DNA of 63,833 bases, counting the filler, from Olpidium bornovanus S191 (lineage: Eukaryota; Fungi; Olpidiomycota), in assembly GCA_017911155.1 (NCBI GenBank). It is 29 parts of 29 records of this genome, joined end to end, with 100 filler letters (N's around TTAATTAATTAA, not from the genome) between each part and the next. Parts side by side here need not be neighbours in the genome. Positions count along the whole stretch, not along the records: positions 34,959 to 36,910 come from JAEFCI010001281.1; positions 37,011 to 38,622 come from JAEFCI010011615.1; positions 38,723 to 40,958 come from JAEFCI010005652.1; positions 41,059 to 42,352 come from JAEFCI010006402.1; positions 42,453 to 44,351 come from JAEFCI010008053.1; positions 44,452 to 49,088 come from JAEFCI010000566.1; 23 more parts are not named here. One strand, 5' to 3'. The notes under the pieces are model-generated. The model saw only the letters and a program-made list of their open reading frames with translations. It had not been told where the DNA came from and ran no database searches. The translations under genes and the position numbers were made by a program. Shown here one piece after another: positions 34,959 to 49,188 of the stretch. The first letter of the stretch is position 1, and every line of letters starts with the position of its first letter.

Positions 34959-36167
34959 CATGCGGACGATGGCCTCGTGGCCGCCCCAGGAGGCGTAGTC
35001 GACGGCCCTTTCGGAGGCGCTGGCGCCCTTGTCCAGGAGGAGGCGGACGACGTCGGCGGACCCCTGGTAGGCGGCGGCGCTGAGGACGTCGTCGGAGGGG
35101 GGCGCGCCGGCGTCGAGCAGCAGCTCGACGAGGGCGTAGTGGTCGGCGCGCAGGGCGGACTCGAGGGCGGACGAGGAGGGCGGGGCGCCGGCGTCGAGCA
35201 GGAGGCGGACGAGCGGAAGGTGGTTGTTGCGGGCGGCGGCGCGGAGCGAGTCCTCGTCGGGGCGGCACCCGGCCTTGAGCAGCGTGCGCACCACGGACAG
35301 GTGCCCGCGCGACGACGCCCAGCACAGGGCTTTCTGCGTCGGGCGCACGCGGGGCCGGCCGGCGGCGGCGCCCGGGGGGGACGCCGGCGGGGCGCGGACG
35401 GCGCGGGACGGCGGCGGCGGCGGCGAAGGCGGCGAAGGCGCGGGGAGGCGCGAGGCGTCGAGGAGGAGGTGGCGCACCAGGCTCTTGCGGTTGAGCAGGC
35501 AGGCCCACTCCAGCAGCGCGGCGGGCTCGGCGCCGGCGGCCAGCAGCCGGTCGATCACCGCGGGGTCGTCGCACCCGCACGACACGGCGTGGCGGGCCGA
35601 GTCGGCGGCGCCGACCTGGGCGACCGGGACCGCCGCGGCCAGCGCCGGCTCGTCCAGGGCGAGGTACAGGGCGCGGCAGGTCCTGCGGAGCGCGGCGAGG
35701 TTGGCGGGCCGCCTCTTGACGATCTCCACGAGGACCTCCGGCGGCAGGCGGAGGAGCGGCGGCGGCGGCGGCGGGACGGCATCGGCGCGGCCGGGCTGGG
35801 GGGCGGCGATCGCGGGGAGCCTGGGCCCCGCGGCGGCGGCGGGCGGCAGCGATGGCGGGGCCGGCGCAGCGTGGCGCGGGAGGCCTCTGCCGCCGGCGGC
35901 GACGATCGGCGCGGGTATCAGCGAAGTGGGCGAGCCGGCGGGCGACGGGGCCAGCGGCGACTTCTTCTTGATGACGACAGGGTTCGCGTGCCAGTCCTGC
36001 GGCGACCAGGAGCCGCCGTCGCGGGCCGGCCGGTCGGCACCGCCGCCGCCGCCGCCGCTGCGGTGGTGGTGGTGGTGGTGGTGGAACACCGAGGGCGACG
36101 CCGAGCGCGCGCGGCGCGGCGCCTGCAGGGCGGCGGCGGCGGCGGCCGCCCACCCGGGGAGATCCAT
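34959..36167 (-). CDS. F-box-like plus ankyrin-repeat protein, intronless over 1.2 kb, 3-prime truncated
   Basis: LLRLPPEVLVEIVKR...LAALRRTCRALY (F-box-like), then repeats ALCWASSRGHLSVVRTLLKAG, AAARNNHLPLVRLLLDAGA, AAAYQGSADVVRLLLDKGA, YASWGGHEAIVRM. Confidence 0.85.
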
Positions 36168-36856
36168 GATGGCGTTTTTTTTTTCCGGCTTTGCTGCAGC
36201 CGGCCGGACCCAGGCGGCAGGGCGCGGAGGGCGGGCGCGCGTCGGCGGCGGCGGGCGGAGAGCGCAGGGCGGGCGCGCGTCGGCGGCGGGCGGAGGGCGG
36301 GCGGAGAGACTTTTGGCTCTCTCTCTCTCTCTCTTTTTCCCGCGTTTCTTTCTTCCCTCCGGCGCCGGCGCGGGGGCGGAAAAGGCGAGAGAAAAAAAAA
36401 AAAAAAGGAAAAAAAAAAAAAAAAAAAGAGACAGAGAGAGAAGAGAGAGCGAAAAAAGCGGGGGAAAGAAAGAAAAGGAAAAGAAAATTGCGGAGAAAGG
36501 CGGGGAAGGAGATCGAAGGACATGTCTTCCTTCCCACCGTCCAATTGATTCCCACCCGTCTCCTTCCATCCTCCTCCTCGGGGGGAGGAAAAGGGGGAGC
36601 GGGAGGACAAGATGAGAGAGGTCACGCGCGCGGTGCGTTGTTGCGGGTCGCCGGGTTCGTCGGAGATGCGCCCCAACCCTCCTCGTATTTCCCGCGTTCG
36701 GCGCGTTTCCCGCTTTTCATTTCCCCCCACAACTTTCCCCCCTCCCCCCCCTTCCCCGCTCACTCCCCCCATCCCCTCTTCCCCTCCCCTCCTTCCCCCG
36801 GCCCGGGCCCCGGGTTGCGCGCCGCGGCGCGAGGACAAAAAAGAGGACGTAGGGCG

Positions 36857-36893
<37 letters not shown>

Positions 36894-38722
36894 GCGCGGG
36901 GGGGGGGGGGNNNNNNNNNNNNNNNNNNNNNNNNNNNNNNNNNNNNNNNNNNNNTTAATTAATTAANNNNNNNNNNNNNNNNNNNNNNNNNNNNNNNNNN
37001 NNNNNNNNNNCATGCCTTCAACAACGCGTAACCAAACGGCAAAGCGTTCGCGAGAGCACGGGAAACAGGCGCGGCCGCCACGTAAACATCGGCACGCTCC
37101 GCCAATCAACGAGAGGCAAGCCTGCGGCCAGAAAGGAATAAAAGGGAGGGGGGGGGAGATGACGCGCGCAGATTCCTTCGTAGGTCAGGTCGGACGGGAC
37201 GGAGCGGAAACGCCAGGTCCCGCGCGGGCGGGGATGTTATTAGGGTTGTGTGTTGTGTGTTGCGTTGTGTTGTGTGCGTGGATATGAGGGGCAACGCCGG
37301 GATCACCTTCTAGAGCTCGAGGGAGCAGCTTGCGGCCGTCCCCAGGGTTGCGGAGGCCGCCCGCCGCGAGTCGGGGCCGGCGTGGCGCGCTTGCAGCGCG
37401 CGGTTACTACAGCTCATGAGGGAGGTGCGTAGCGCTGTATGATTCATGACACTTACGCTAACTCCGGCACGGGAAGCCCTGGGCGGCCCTCCTGCATTCC
37501 CTCCGCCCCCGCCTCCACAACTGCCCCTCGCAAAATCGTTCCGTCCATTAACCATTGCGAAAAATAAAAATTCAATTAAACCCATAAAAGCCTTCGCGCC
37601 TCTCGTTCCATTTCTCTTCGCGTCTGCCGCCGCGGCAACCCTCCAGCTGCAGTACCTCCTCGCCGGCTTCCAGGTGCCGCCCGACGTCACAGGCATTTTC
37701 GCCATTCCTTTTAAATCTCGTCGCGGTTCCCGCGATGTGGCGGAAGCTGGCGGCACCTAAACGGCTGGGGCTGGAGGACTGGGCGGCGGTGGCACTGACC
37801 GTCGCCGACTTCGGGTTTGCCGCGGCGGCAGCGTATCTATTTTTTATGGAGGACCGCTGGGGCCCCCTATTTGCATTCTTGTCCCAGGCGGCGGGCCTTG
37901 CCATAGGAGTCGCCGCCGCCTGCGCCAGGGCGGTTTGCGCATTAGTTGAGGGCCCGGCACCTTGAAATATATTTTTGTTAGTCGGCGGGGACCGACGAAA
38001 CCCCTTCTGCGTTTTCTGAACGACGGCCGGTTTTGCTTTTTTTTTTTTTCTTTCTTTCTTTTTTTCGTCACTCGGCATTTCCTTCCTTCTCCCGTGCAAT
38101 ACCTATACAAACTAGAGGCTCTCAACCAGAAAGTATAATGAGCGAATAAAGCGAATTTGGTTGCCCGTTTTGCGAATCGCGTATACCACGGAATAATGGA
38201 TACTCAGTTGAGTTTAACTTAAGATATATGTGATTATATCGATATTAAACCCATTTATTAGTGGTAAATTTTGTGATAAATGACTACTTTCTCCGTCGGC
38301 TTTTTCGATCCTTTTTTTTTTTTTTTTTGGTTGACCTCTTCGGAGAACGTCGGCGTCGGCGGTTCCTCTCGTCGACCGCCGCCGTCCCCGTTCGTTGGGC
38401 GGCGGACGCTCGCCGCGGAAAGTTCCGGGACGGGAAGCTTTGCGCGGCGGAACCCCGCCGCGCGCGTGCGCCTGCAAAATTCCGCACCCGCGAAAAGCCG
38501 ACCCTCGCACGCGCCGCCCGCCATCCGGAATTCGAATGTTCCGACGCGAAGCGGGGGTGGGTGGAGGATTCCGCGGGGGGGGGGGGGGCCGGGGGGGCCC
38601 CCCCCCCCCCCCCCCCGCGGAANNNNNNNNNNNNNNNNNNNNNNNNNNNNNNNNNNNNNNNNNNNNTTAATTAATTAANNNNNNNNNNNNNNNNNNNNNN
38701 NNNNNNNNNNNNNNNNNNNNNN

Positions 38723-39305
38723 AAAGAGAACGACAAAGAGAGAAAGAACCATATGCTATTGAAAATTCATGTGGCCAAACACGGAAATCGTAAGTTTTCT
38801 CACCCATTAAACTTCTCTTTCTTTAGTTCGCTGGTGTCGATGTACTCTCCATTCGGTCCCACTCCGACTGGTTTTAGGAGAAGGGAGGGGACGGGTGTTA
38901 ACACGGACCAAAAGCTCTGAGTTTCGCGTGCGAAAGCAATGTACCAACCGTTGGCGAACTCTTCGATCAACGGTCGAGGGATTGAAAAAACGACGGGGTT
39001 GTTCACATCGAAGTAGTGCATCAGAGGCCCGAACAAGCCCGAGCATGGGGGGGAACGAGGGGTCTGCGCGCGCTGTGCAACTCCAGGTCTGAGCAGTCGC
39101 GCTTTTGAATTCCAAATCGTCGTTCCGGTCAGGGCGTAAGGAAACGAAAGCTCCCACCATCGACGACTGACACGGCTTGCAGTACCAATTGTCCGACGGC
39201 ACCTCGAACATTTCTAGTGGCGGCTCCAGGCACGCGAAGTGAAACGACCGCGGGCAGGCATCGCAGCAGACGAAACGGCCGCCGCCGAAGCAGACGTCGC
39301 AGTAA
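38723..39305 (-). CDS. PHD-finger protein resembling fungal Rco1/Cph1 (Rpd3S); further 5-prime exons likely up to about 40020
   Basis: YCDVCFGGGRFVCCDACPRSFHFACLEPPLEMFEVPSDNWYCKPC, followed by FGPLMHYFDVNNPVVFSIPRPLIEEF (the NPxxFxLP motif after PHD1 in Rco1-like proteins). Confidence 0.75.
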
Positions 39306-41153
39306 CTGTTATTATGCTTTTTGAAAACAGCAAGAAGTTATATGTTGAGTGCTCAGAAAACAGGCCGTAGGTCTGGCTAAAAAAAAAGTGTCTCCAACAG
39401 GTGCAACCCCCCCCCTTCTCCGCTCTAAATACAACCACACAAGCTCTTTCTCTCTCCCTTCCCCTTTCTCCTCTGTTCCCTCCGTCGATCCTTCTCACCA
39501 AAGTGTTGTCCGTCGTTCTGACGGGAATTGTCCTCCGCCGAAGAGCTCGCGGCTCCACGCTGCACGGTTTGACGGGTTTATATGGGGAGAATTTGATCAG
39601 AAAACGAAAACAGAGATGAAGACCACAAGCACGCCTTGAACGAGACACCGGCCGCGCGAAAATAAAATAAAAAAAACGTGCCGCCCGCCACGTCGAGCGT
39701 CGCCCACGCGTGGTTCACCATATCGCGCCCCCAATAAAAAATTAAACGCAAGTGAAGTTTTCTTCCCAGCGATAAAATACCTTTGCCTATTTGTCTGAAT
39801 CGCCTTCCCTGGGAGGTCCGGGTTCTTCCGAAACCTCCCCCTCTTGGCCTTTGGCTTCCCCGTAGGCAGCGGGGCCCGCGAAAGCGGCGTGTCGGCTCGT
39901 GGCGCCGCCTGGAAGTCGTTCGTGCTGGCCGCGGCGGGCGTAGGGGCAAGCGTCGTGAGCGGGTCCGCGACTCGCGCACCGTCTGCATTCTGCACACTCA
40001 TGCCCGGACGTGTATTTGGATCCGAGATTGCCACGCCTGTGGAATCTGCCTCTCCGAAAAAACCGACGAACGAGCGAAAATAAACGGGGTCGAGATTATG
40101 GGCTGGTTCGGCGACGAAAAAAAAAATTTCCAGTTTTAGTGTGACAACGTTTGCGAGGCACGCCTGACCGGGGCGGGGGGGGTGGGGGGGAAGCCCGGCC
40201 CCGGGAGAAGCGAAATCTCGTGCGGCGGAAGAGTTTACCTGTGCCTCTGAAACCGGGCGGTTGTTTTCGCGCCGGGTTGACCGTGTCGGCTGCCGCCCAG
40301 CAGCGGGCAAAACGCGCTTGTTCGACTTGCGCGCCAGGCGGGGGTGTCCAACGAGATCTTTTTATTCCGATTTTTTTTTTTTTTTTTTTTTTTGTTTCGA
40401 GACTGTAGCGGAGATGCGCCCCGGTCACGTGGGCGAAATCCGTCTGGCCACCTAACCCACCCGCAAATGGCAAAAGCGAGTGCTACAAAAAAAAAATCAA
40501 AGCATTAAAAAAATAAAAAAATAAAAAAACGTCGTTTGCGCTTTCGCTGGATTCACCACATCTCTGTGAGGTCCTCTCCTTTAGAGAGGGTGCCAGGATC
40601 ATATTTAGGTTCAATTTGGATGTGCGGTTTAGATGTAAAACCCCGTGCTTGGCTTGGAGCTCGGACAGCAAAGGTCCCTAAGAAACGCCCCTGCGTGTAA
40701 CCGGGGAGGATAAAACTGCGGAGTTTTTAAACCTGGTGATAAAAAGTCTGAAAATCCCACCGTATTGCAGTTTATGCCGGCGGCTGTGCTCTTTTGGATA
40801 CGGCCTCCTTAAAAGCTACCTCGGGGACCACGCCCTGGCATGGACTTGGTCAAAGGGTGTGAGAAAGGTTTTGAGGGCTCGCTTTCGTCTTGCGCATTCT
40901 GCTAAATGCAGGACACTTTCTGTATGCTCCCTGCTTTCCGCAATTAGATTATGACTTCNNNNNNNNNNNNNNNNNNNNNNNNNNNNNNNNNNNNNNNNNN
41001 NNTTAATTAATTAANNNNNNNNNNNNNNNNNNNNNNNNNNNNNNNNNNNNNNNNNNNNCAAACTCTGGGACACGGGCGGAATTAAACCGACAAGTCCTGT
41101 CGCTCTTTCCTCCCCTCCCCCTCCCCCCCCCTCCCCCCCCCCCCCCCCCCCCG

Positions 41154-41185
<32 letters not shown>

Positions 41186-42204
41186 TATACCCCTTACTTA
41201 CTGCTCGTGTCGACGACCAAATTCCCGAGCGGCGTCTCGTATTCGGTACACCGCGATAGAGCGCATCCGGAAAGATTGATGTGATGAGATGGTCCGAGGA
41301 CGAAGACTCGCCGGCTGTGCAGGCGAGCAAGGTGGGGCGGGGCGGGGGTTTAGGACCGCGGTGGACCAGCTTTTCTTCCACGCGGGCCCCCGCATTTCAG
41401 GTGTTCGCCGACGAAAAAAAAAAACATAAATAAATCCGGCGGTGTCGCCGCTCGGCCCTCCGCGGAAACTTACATTGCGGCGGGATTGAGGCACCGGTAC
41501 GCGTAGGCCGCCGTCGGCCCGCTGTAGGCGTATCCGGCATGTCTGGCGTGAGGGCAAGAAAAAGGTAAGAAATAATCGCGCCAAACTTGCACCCCTTGGG
41601 AGAGGGGAAGGGCCCGGCTCGCGCCACGCGGTCCACGTTTGCCGCGATCGACTAACAGGGAAAAAAATTTTTCGCACGGCGGCCAACCTCCCCCATCGTC
41701 CTCCTCCACTCCTCGTCCTTCTCTCCTCCTCCTCCTCCTCCTCCCCCCCCTCCTCCCCCCGACAAAAAAAAAAGAGCTGGCGGGAGAGAGGAAAAACGCA
41801 CGGCGCTATGATGGCCTTGACGCCCTTCACCGGAAACGTAACGCCGTTCGGAGGCGCCGCCGCCTCGAGCCACTTATCCAGCTGGTTCCAGAGCCGGTCA
41901 CCTGGAGGGGCGGAAGGGGGGCGAGTGAGGAAGCGCCCGTGTCAAAAACCGGCGCTTCATTATTATTTTTTTTGACCTGGGTGAGTGGGGGGGAAGAGGG
42001 TGCGAAGAGAACGGCTAACGCGCGAGCGCGCCGGGCTCACGTCGAACCTGCGACGACGACGATGATGACGACGACGGGGACGGGAGAAGCGCCCTTTTTC
42101 TTTTTTTTTTTTTTTGTTCTTTCGCGCGTTCGCGTACCGTCGTCGGTGTACCAGGAGCCGGCGTGGCTGGCTTCCCGAACAAGCTTCATTGGACGTCGCG
42201 AACC

Positions 42205-42208
<4 letters not shown>

Positions 42209-42251
<43 letters not shown>

Positions 42252-42270
42252 TGTCTCTCTCTCTTTCTCT
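42209..42270. repeat. (CT)n microsatellite
   Basis: Long TC dinucleotide run. Shorter ones occur at about 36317-36334 (CT), 60001-60020 (CA) and 62659-62697 (CAA/CAG). Confidence 0.9.
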
Positions 42271-43614
42271 TGCGGGGAAAAGGGCGCGTTTCTGCCGTGT
42301 GGGCGAACCCAGAAAGGGGACCGAAGGGTGAGGGGGGGGGGGGGGGGGAGGGNNNNNNNNNNNNNNNNNNNNNNNNNNNNNNNNNNNNNNNNNNNNTTAA
42401 TTAATTAANNNNNNNNNNNNNNNNNNNNNNNNNNNNNNNNNNNNNNNNNNNNCTTGTAAGATCTCAATCTGTTTATATGAGAATTCCACGGGACAATGAA
42501 ACCACGGCATAGCGTGCGCGACTGTGCTGCGGACGGCTTCGTTTTCTTTATTTTTTTTTTTTCTTTTTCTTTTCTTTTTTTCTTTACTTTTTTTCATTTT
42601 TTTTTTTTTTTTTTTTTAGCGAAAGCGAAAGCGAAAGCTAGTCGGCGGAAGACGCCCTCGGTGGCCTTAGTCGCCTCTAAAGAGCTGGCCTGACTTTGGG
42701 ACGTGATCCAGCCAATACAGCTTGGTGCGCACCCGCGTGCTCTTTATTGGAGGCGGAGGTGGTGCCATCTTCGTTGCCGCCGGGCCTGGCCTCGCGCGCG
42801 TGGCACTCGTCGATGCCAGATTTGTCCTCCATGTCGGCCCCGACGGCCCGGCCGTCGCGCTGAAGCCGCCCATCAACTCGGCCGGCCGCGAAGGTCGCCG
42901 CGGGGTGCGAAATTGTCGAGCGCTTCCCCGCCGCGCGTTCATCCTTGTGAAAACAGGGACGCACGTCCTCCAGCTTTGCGTCTGCAGAAAATATCCCTGC
43001 CGTGCGGTCCTTCCCACTCGACCCCAAACCCGCTTTGCTTCATTTCCCGCGCTGTCTCCCTGAATTTTTGTCAGGTATTTCTCGACGCTGCGAAGGCCGC
43101 GAATGAAAATCAAAGTCGTTTGTCGTTCGCCGGGTGGTTGGCTGTGCGCGCACCGTCGTAGTTCCAACACGCAAAGTTTTCCGGATCTTCAGGCCAGGTG
43201 ACCAGGAACTCATAGTGCTTCTATGCGAAGCAAACCTTTGCGTCCGCAGAGCGGCCAGAGGCGGAAAGGGGGGGGGGAAGGGGGAGGGGGCCGACTTACA
43301 CGACTTGACCCCGTTAAATGGCGAGAGAGAGATAGTAATTAAAACCGTACGAAAAGAATTTGGAAATCTAATTCAAAAAATAATTACACGGCGCGAGCGG
43401 GCGGCGGGGGGTAGGGTGGTCTTACGGGATAGACGAATCTAAAAGCGGTTTGCTCCTGCAAGAGGAGGGGGAGGAGGACGGGGAAGGATCACGAGAATAT
43501 GGGCCTGTTGGGTCAGGCCCGCGCGTGAGCAACGCGGGTGGGGGTGGGTGTTATCTTTTGAGCCGGCCAAAAAAAAAAAAAAAAAAAAAAAATGGAGATC
43601 ATTTTCGCCTCCCT

Positions 43615-44351
43615 CTATCTGCGTTCGTAACTTTGATCTTTCTCGTGGGAATCGTGGTATCCGTGGGAATCGTGGTTTCCGTGGGAATCGTGGTTTCCGT
43701 GGGAGTCGCGGGAATCGCGGAAGTCGCGGGAGGCGGGGGAGTCGCGGGAGTCGCGGGAGTCGCGGGAGTCGCGGGAGTCGCGGGAGGTGCGGTATGCGCG
43801 TTCGTCACGCGGATCCGGGAGCCAGTCGTTTGCCGGGGGAGGGTCCCTGGTTACCGGTGCGGTGTCCACCAGGCCCGGTTCCAGGTCATCAACGTGCTCC
43901 TGCCGGTATCCGTGTTTGTGAGGCGCGCCGGCCGCCGGGAGGAAGTGCAGGTAGCCCATCCTATCGGCGATGTGGAACACTTCGAACACGACCTGGGGGG
44001 ATGTGATCGGGAGGGCGGGCAGGGGAGCAAAGGGGGAAGCTTCGTCAATTCGCGCGCGCCTCGTCTAAACAACTTCCAAAAAAAAGGAAAAAAGTAAAAA
44101 AGAAAAACAACGAAAAAAAACAGGGGAAAAAGAGAAAGGAAGGAGAAAAGGCCATCATTTGCACCAGCACAAACTCACAAACCTCGACTGCAATAAGAAT
44201 GATGATGATCCACTCAAGCTTGGTCCCGTGCATGTCGGTAAGGTGGTCCCGGAGCGTCTGGGCCAGCTCGTTGGCGTAGTCCAACTTGCGGTTGAGCGTG
44301 GCGATGCGCGTGTGCACGTCGAAGGCTTTCGACACGGCGTCGTAGCACTCC
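43615..44351 (-). CDS. RMND1: DUF155 / RMND1-Mrx10 family protein, 3-prime part (exons 44183-44351 and 43615-43992)
   Basis: [55 protein letters not shown] is the DUF155 C-terminal signature. The choice of paralog (Mrx10/RMND1 vs Rmd1) is less certain. Confidence 0.8.
43644..43786. repeat. Coding 9-bp/18-bp tandem repeat (GGGAGTCGC; CGTGGGAATCGTGGTTTC)
   Basis: On the minus strand it encodes [15 protein letters not shown]...[18 protein letters not shown]. Confidence 0.85.
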
Positions 44352-45142
44352 NNNNNNNNNNNNNNNNNNNNNNNNNNNNNNNNNNNNNNNNNNNNTTAAT
44401 TAATTAANNNNNNNNNNNNNNNNNNNNNNNNNNNNNNNNNNNNNNNNNNNNGCATGCTTTTTTTGCCACTTTTATGCCTCACCCCTCCCCACCACCACCA
44501 CCACCCCCACCCCCAATTGAGTTTTTTCTTTCCGTATACCTAGTATCATCCGCTTTCCGTTATCGTTCCCGGTTGTACTACCCCACCAACCCCCCCAGCC
44601 GCAAGTCTTTCGTCCTTCGCACGACTTTCATACGTCGGATCCGTTGGCGACGCGCCTCCGATTTAAATGACCAAAGAGGTTTCGTGCAAAGCTCTCTCCA
44701 CACCCCCCCACGCCAAAGCTTTGCCCCGCAAGTTCCAATCTAGTTTTACTTTGTTTCCTTTTTCTCACGGCACGAGAACTACAGGATGTCTAACCGGTGG
44801 CGCGCTCTTAAGTCATTCGAGCAATTCTCGGGCAAAAAACGAAAAATAAACAACTTTTCTTTCCTGATTTGTTTTTTTTGGTAAATCTATGTACACAGAG
44901 ACGGCGTCAGAATGGTTTTGGTATACGCGTTCGGACGCGCGGCTACTTCGCCCGGAAGAACGGCGCGGAGGAGGGGGGAAGGGGGGGGGGGTTGAAGGGA
45001 ACGTCTAAAAAACTCGCGTAGTCCTTTTGCGCGTGCGGCAGGAAGAGGTATCTGGACCCTAAAAAGGGGAGAATGCCGCTCTCAACAACTGCCCCGAAAA
45101 ACGAGGAGGAGAAGGGGGGGGGAGGGTGGCGCGAGTCCTGGG

Positions 45143-45932
45143 TCATGGCGGCATTCGAAGCGGCGGTAGGAACCCCGTCCATTCGAGCCCTACGCCGGCG
45201 GCCTTCTCGACGGCGCTGTTCCAAGCGCCCTTCAACCGCTCTTTGGGATTCCGTGCCTCGGCCGCCGCGGCTTTCCGGCGGTCGACGACCTGTGGGAAAA
45301 AGGGCACGAAGAGGTGGTGTGTGGAGAGCAGGAAGTCCTTCGAGGATTCGTAGAGTGAGTACGTGGGCGGGGACAGGGACGGGGAAACGTCGCCTGTTAT
45401 TCAGCACTGCTTAAAAATGTTTCCCCGCTCCCCGCAATGGACCGTGCGGCCTGCCCGCACGCTTTTCCTTCAGGTGACAAAACGACTCCGTCGCACATCT
45501 CCCGCCACCGGGGGGTCGATTGTTAATGCGCGATTCGACAATGCGACCCCCTCGCTCTTCCCCTCAATTTTCGCCAACCCGCCTCACCTCATCCTGCAAC
45601 CACGTCGGCAGCGCTTCCTCGAGATCCCTCCGCGCGGCGCGGACACGGTCCTCCAAGAGCTTGAAGTCAGCCTCGGTTGCGCCGCAGGCGAGGACGCCAG
45701 CAATTGCTCCGGCAAGGACGCCCGCGCTGGTGCCCACGAGGAACTGGGCTGCGGCTTGCCGCGGCGGGGCGCGGCGGTCCAACCGGTAGGACGAGCGCGG
45801 CGCCTGCGCCTCCGGCATGATGCGCGACCTGTCGGCGGTCGAAAACACGCCCGAGTGAGGGGGAGGCGGACGAGGAAGCTGCGCGCGAAGAGGGCTAGGC
45901 GGAGAGCTCTTGGATCCCCGCCGCGTCGCCAT
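45143..45932 (-). CDS. Small membrane protein, possibly MICOS Mic12/Aim5-like (exons 45588-45932 and 45143-45289)
   Basis: A Gly-rich hydrophobic segment FLVGTSAGVLAGAIAGVLA, then after a GT-AG intron ERLKGAWNSAVE (KxxWNxxV motif). Divergent from BUD32. Confidence 0.35.
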
Positions 45933-46404
45933 GCGCCTTCTCGTCCCGTCCGCACGGCCGGCGACGCGAGGGCTCCTCCTGCGCTCGAGCGTGCGCGCGG
46001 GGGGAAGCTGTGCGCGCGATTTTTCCCCGCGGGCGCGCTCGGCGTCTCCACAGCGCGCAGGCGGGCTTTGGGGGGTGGGGGTGGGGGGAGCGTTCTACGT
46101 TTCCAACAGAACCAGCCGGGCGCGAACGGAAGCCCGTCCGCGGGGAGGCGGCGAATGACGAGGGCGAGGACGAGGGCGCGGATAAGGGTGCTACAGCTCC
46201 TCTCTGCGCGGAGGAGGATGGAAGGGTGCGTGCGTCCGCCGGTTCGCGAGCGGAGAGCACGTCGAGCGGGAGCGCCACAAAGCGCGGTGGGTGGCACTGC
46301 CACTTTGGCCCCCTCCCGGGCCTGTTCTTTCCCGCCGGGTTCTCCCTGTTCCCGCCGAGGGACCAAGAGGCGGCGGAGAACTCAACCCCGCCGCACGCGC
46401 GCAA

Positions 46405-48028
<1,624 letters not shown>

Positions 48029-49188
48029 AGCCCATATAGTAATCGATTAATCAAGGCTTGGGTCGCGGTTTTGGATGCATTTGTGAGGGCTCTGTTTTGT
48101 GCGGTGGTTTTCCGGAAAACCTTGAGGAAGATCTCGATGACATTTGTTGTTGAAGCAGACCGACTCAAAACCCCGCGGTGACGCCTTTGATGTTGTTTGG
48201 ATGTGCGATGTGGCGCTGACGAGTTATTTGGCTCCCATCTTAGCAACCGGGCCAGGCGGCCAAACTACTTAAGGTGGGCAGGACAGCAGCGAATCTGACG
48301 TAATTGTCTTTCAGAACCCTGGGTGCCCATTCAACCCGCTACCTGCTGAGGGTGTTTGTTTACCCTTTTGGAAGGCGTATAAAGAAAATTCCACTTGGAG
48401 CCAAACCTGCAAGGGGAGTATTTGGTGTGATCGCGGGGTGGGTACTGGTGCATTTGTATCACCTGTTAGAGCGGCCAAGACAAATTCTCAGGCCAGTTTA
48501 GGGAAGCCAGGTGACCAGCATAACGGACGACCAGAGCATCCTGATGCCCTGTGACGCCCTTCCCCCGTCCCGGTCTTCGTTAATAAAAAATTCTGTTCGT
48601 GGAATATGACCACCGACTGTCTGCTTGTGGTGGGCACTGGTCGGTGGGTGTCCCCTGTATGCATTGGGCATCTTCAATATTCAACAGAATTTCCGGGTCC
48701 CAGGAACAATGGTGTCATCATTATATAAACTTTAAAAAATTGCGCTTCCTAATAGCTAGGCGTGTTCTGGACTTGAGGCGGGAAAAAAATCCTCAAAAAC
48801 AAACGAAATAAATGATCGCCAAACCCACAACCCCATGGTGCAGCAGTTCTGTTCTGCATGAAGTTGGCCCTCACTAGTTGTGAATTTGAAGTTGATGTTA
48901 GATTGCACCGATCGGAACCCCTTGATGTTTGTACCCGTTTTTTGTAGTTTTACTCTTCGAATATTTAAGCTGGGACTCGCCTGCGGCTCACCAACAGCGC
49001 TGGGTGAGCCCTTTGGACCAACGAGAGTGCATAGAATGTTTACATGTCACCATCTAAACAACAGTTCGAATCCCGGCTGCTTTTTCGCNNNNNNNNNNNN
49101 NNNNNNNNNNNNNNNNNNNNNNNNNNNNNNNNTTAATTAATTAANNNNNNNNNNNNNNNNNNNNNNNNNNNNNNNNNNNNNNNNNNNN

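Noticed and set aside
34903-36615. Long alternative ORFs (463-550 aa) overlapping the ankyrin gene
   Set aside because: They are Arg/Gly/Pro/Ala-rich shadow frames caused by extreme GC content; only one frame has domain motifs.
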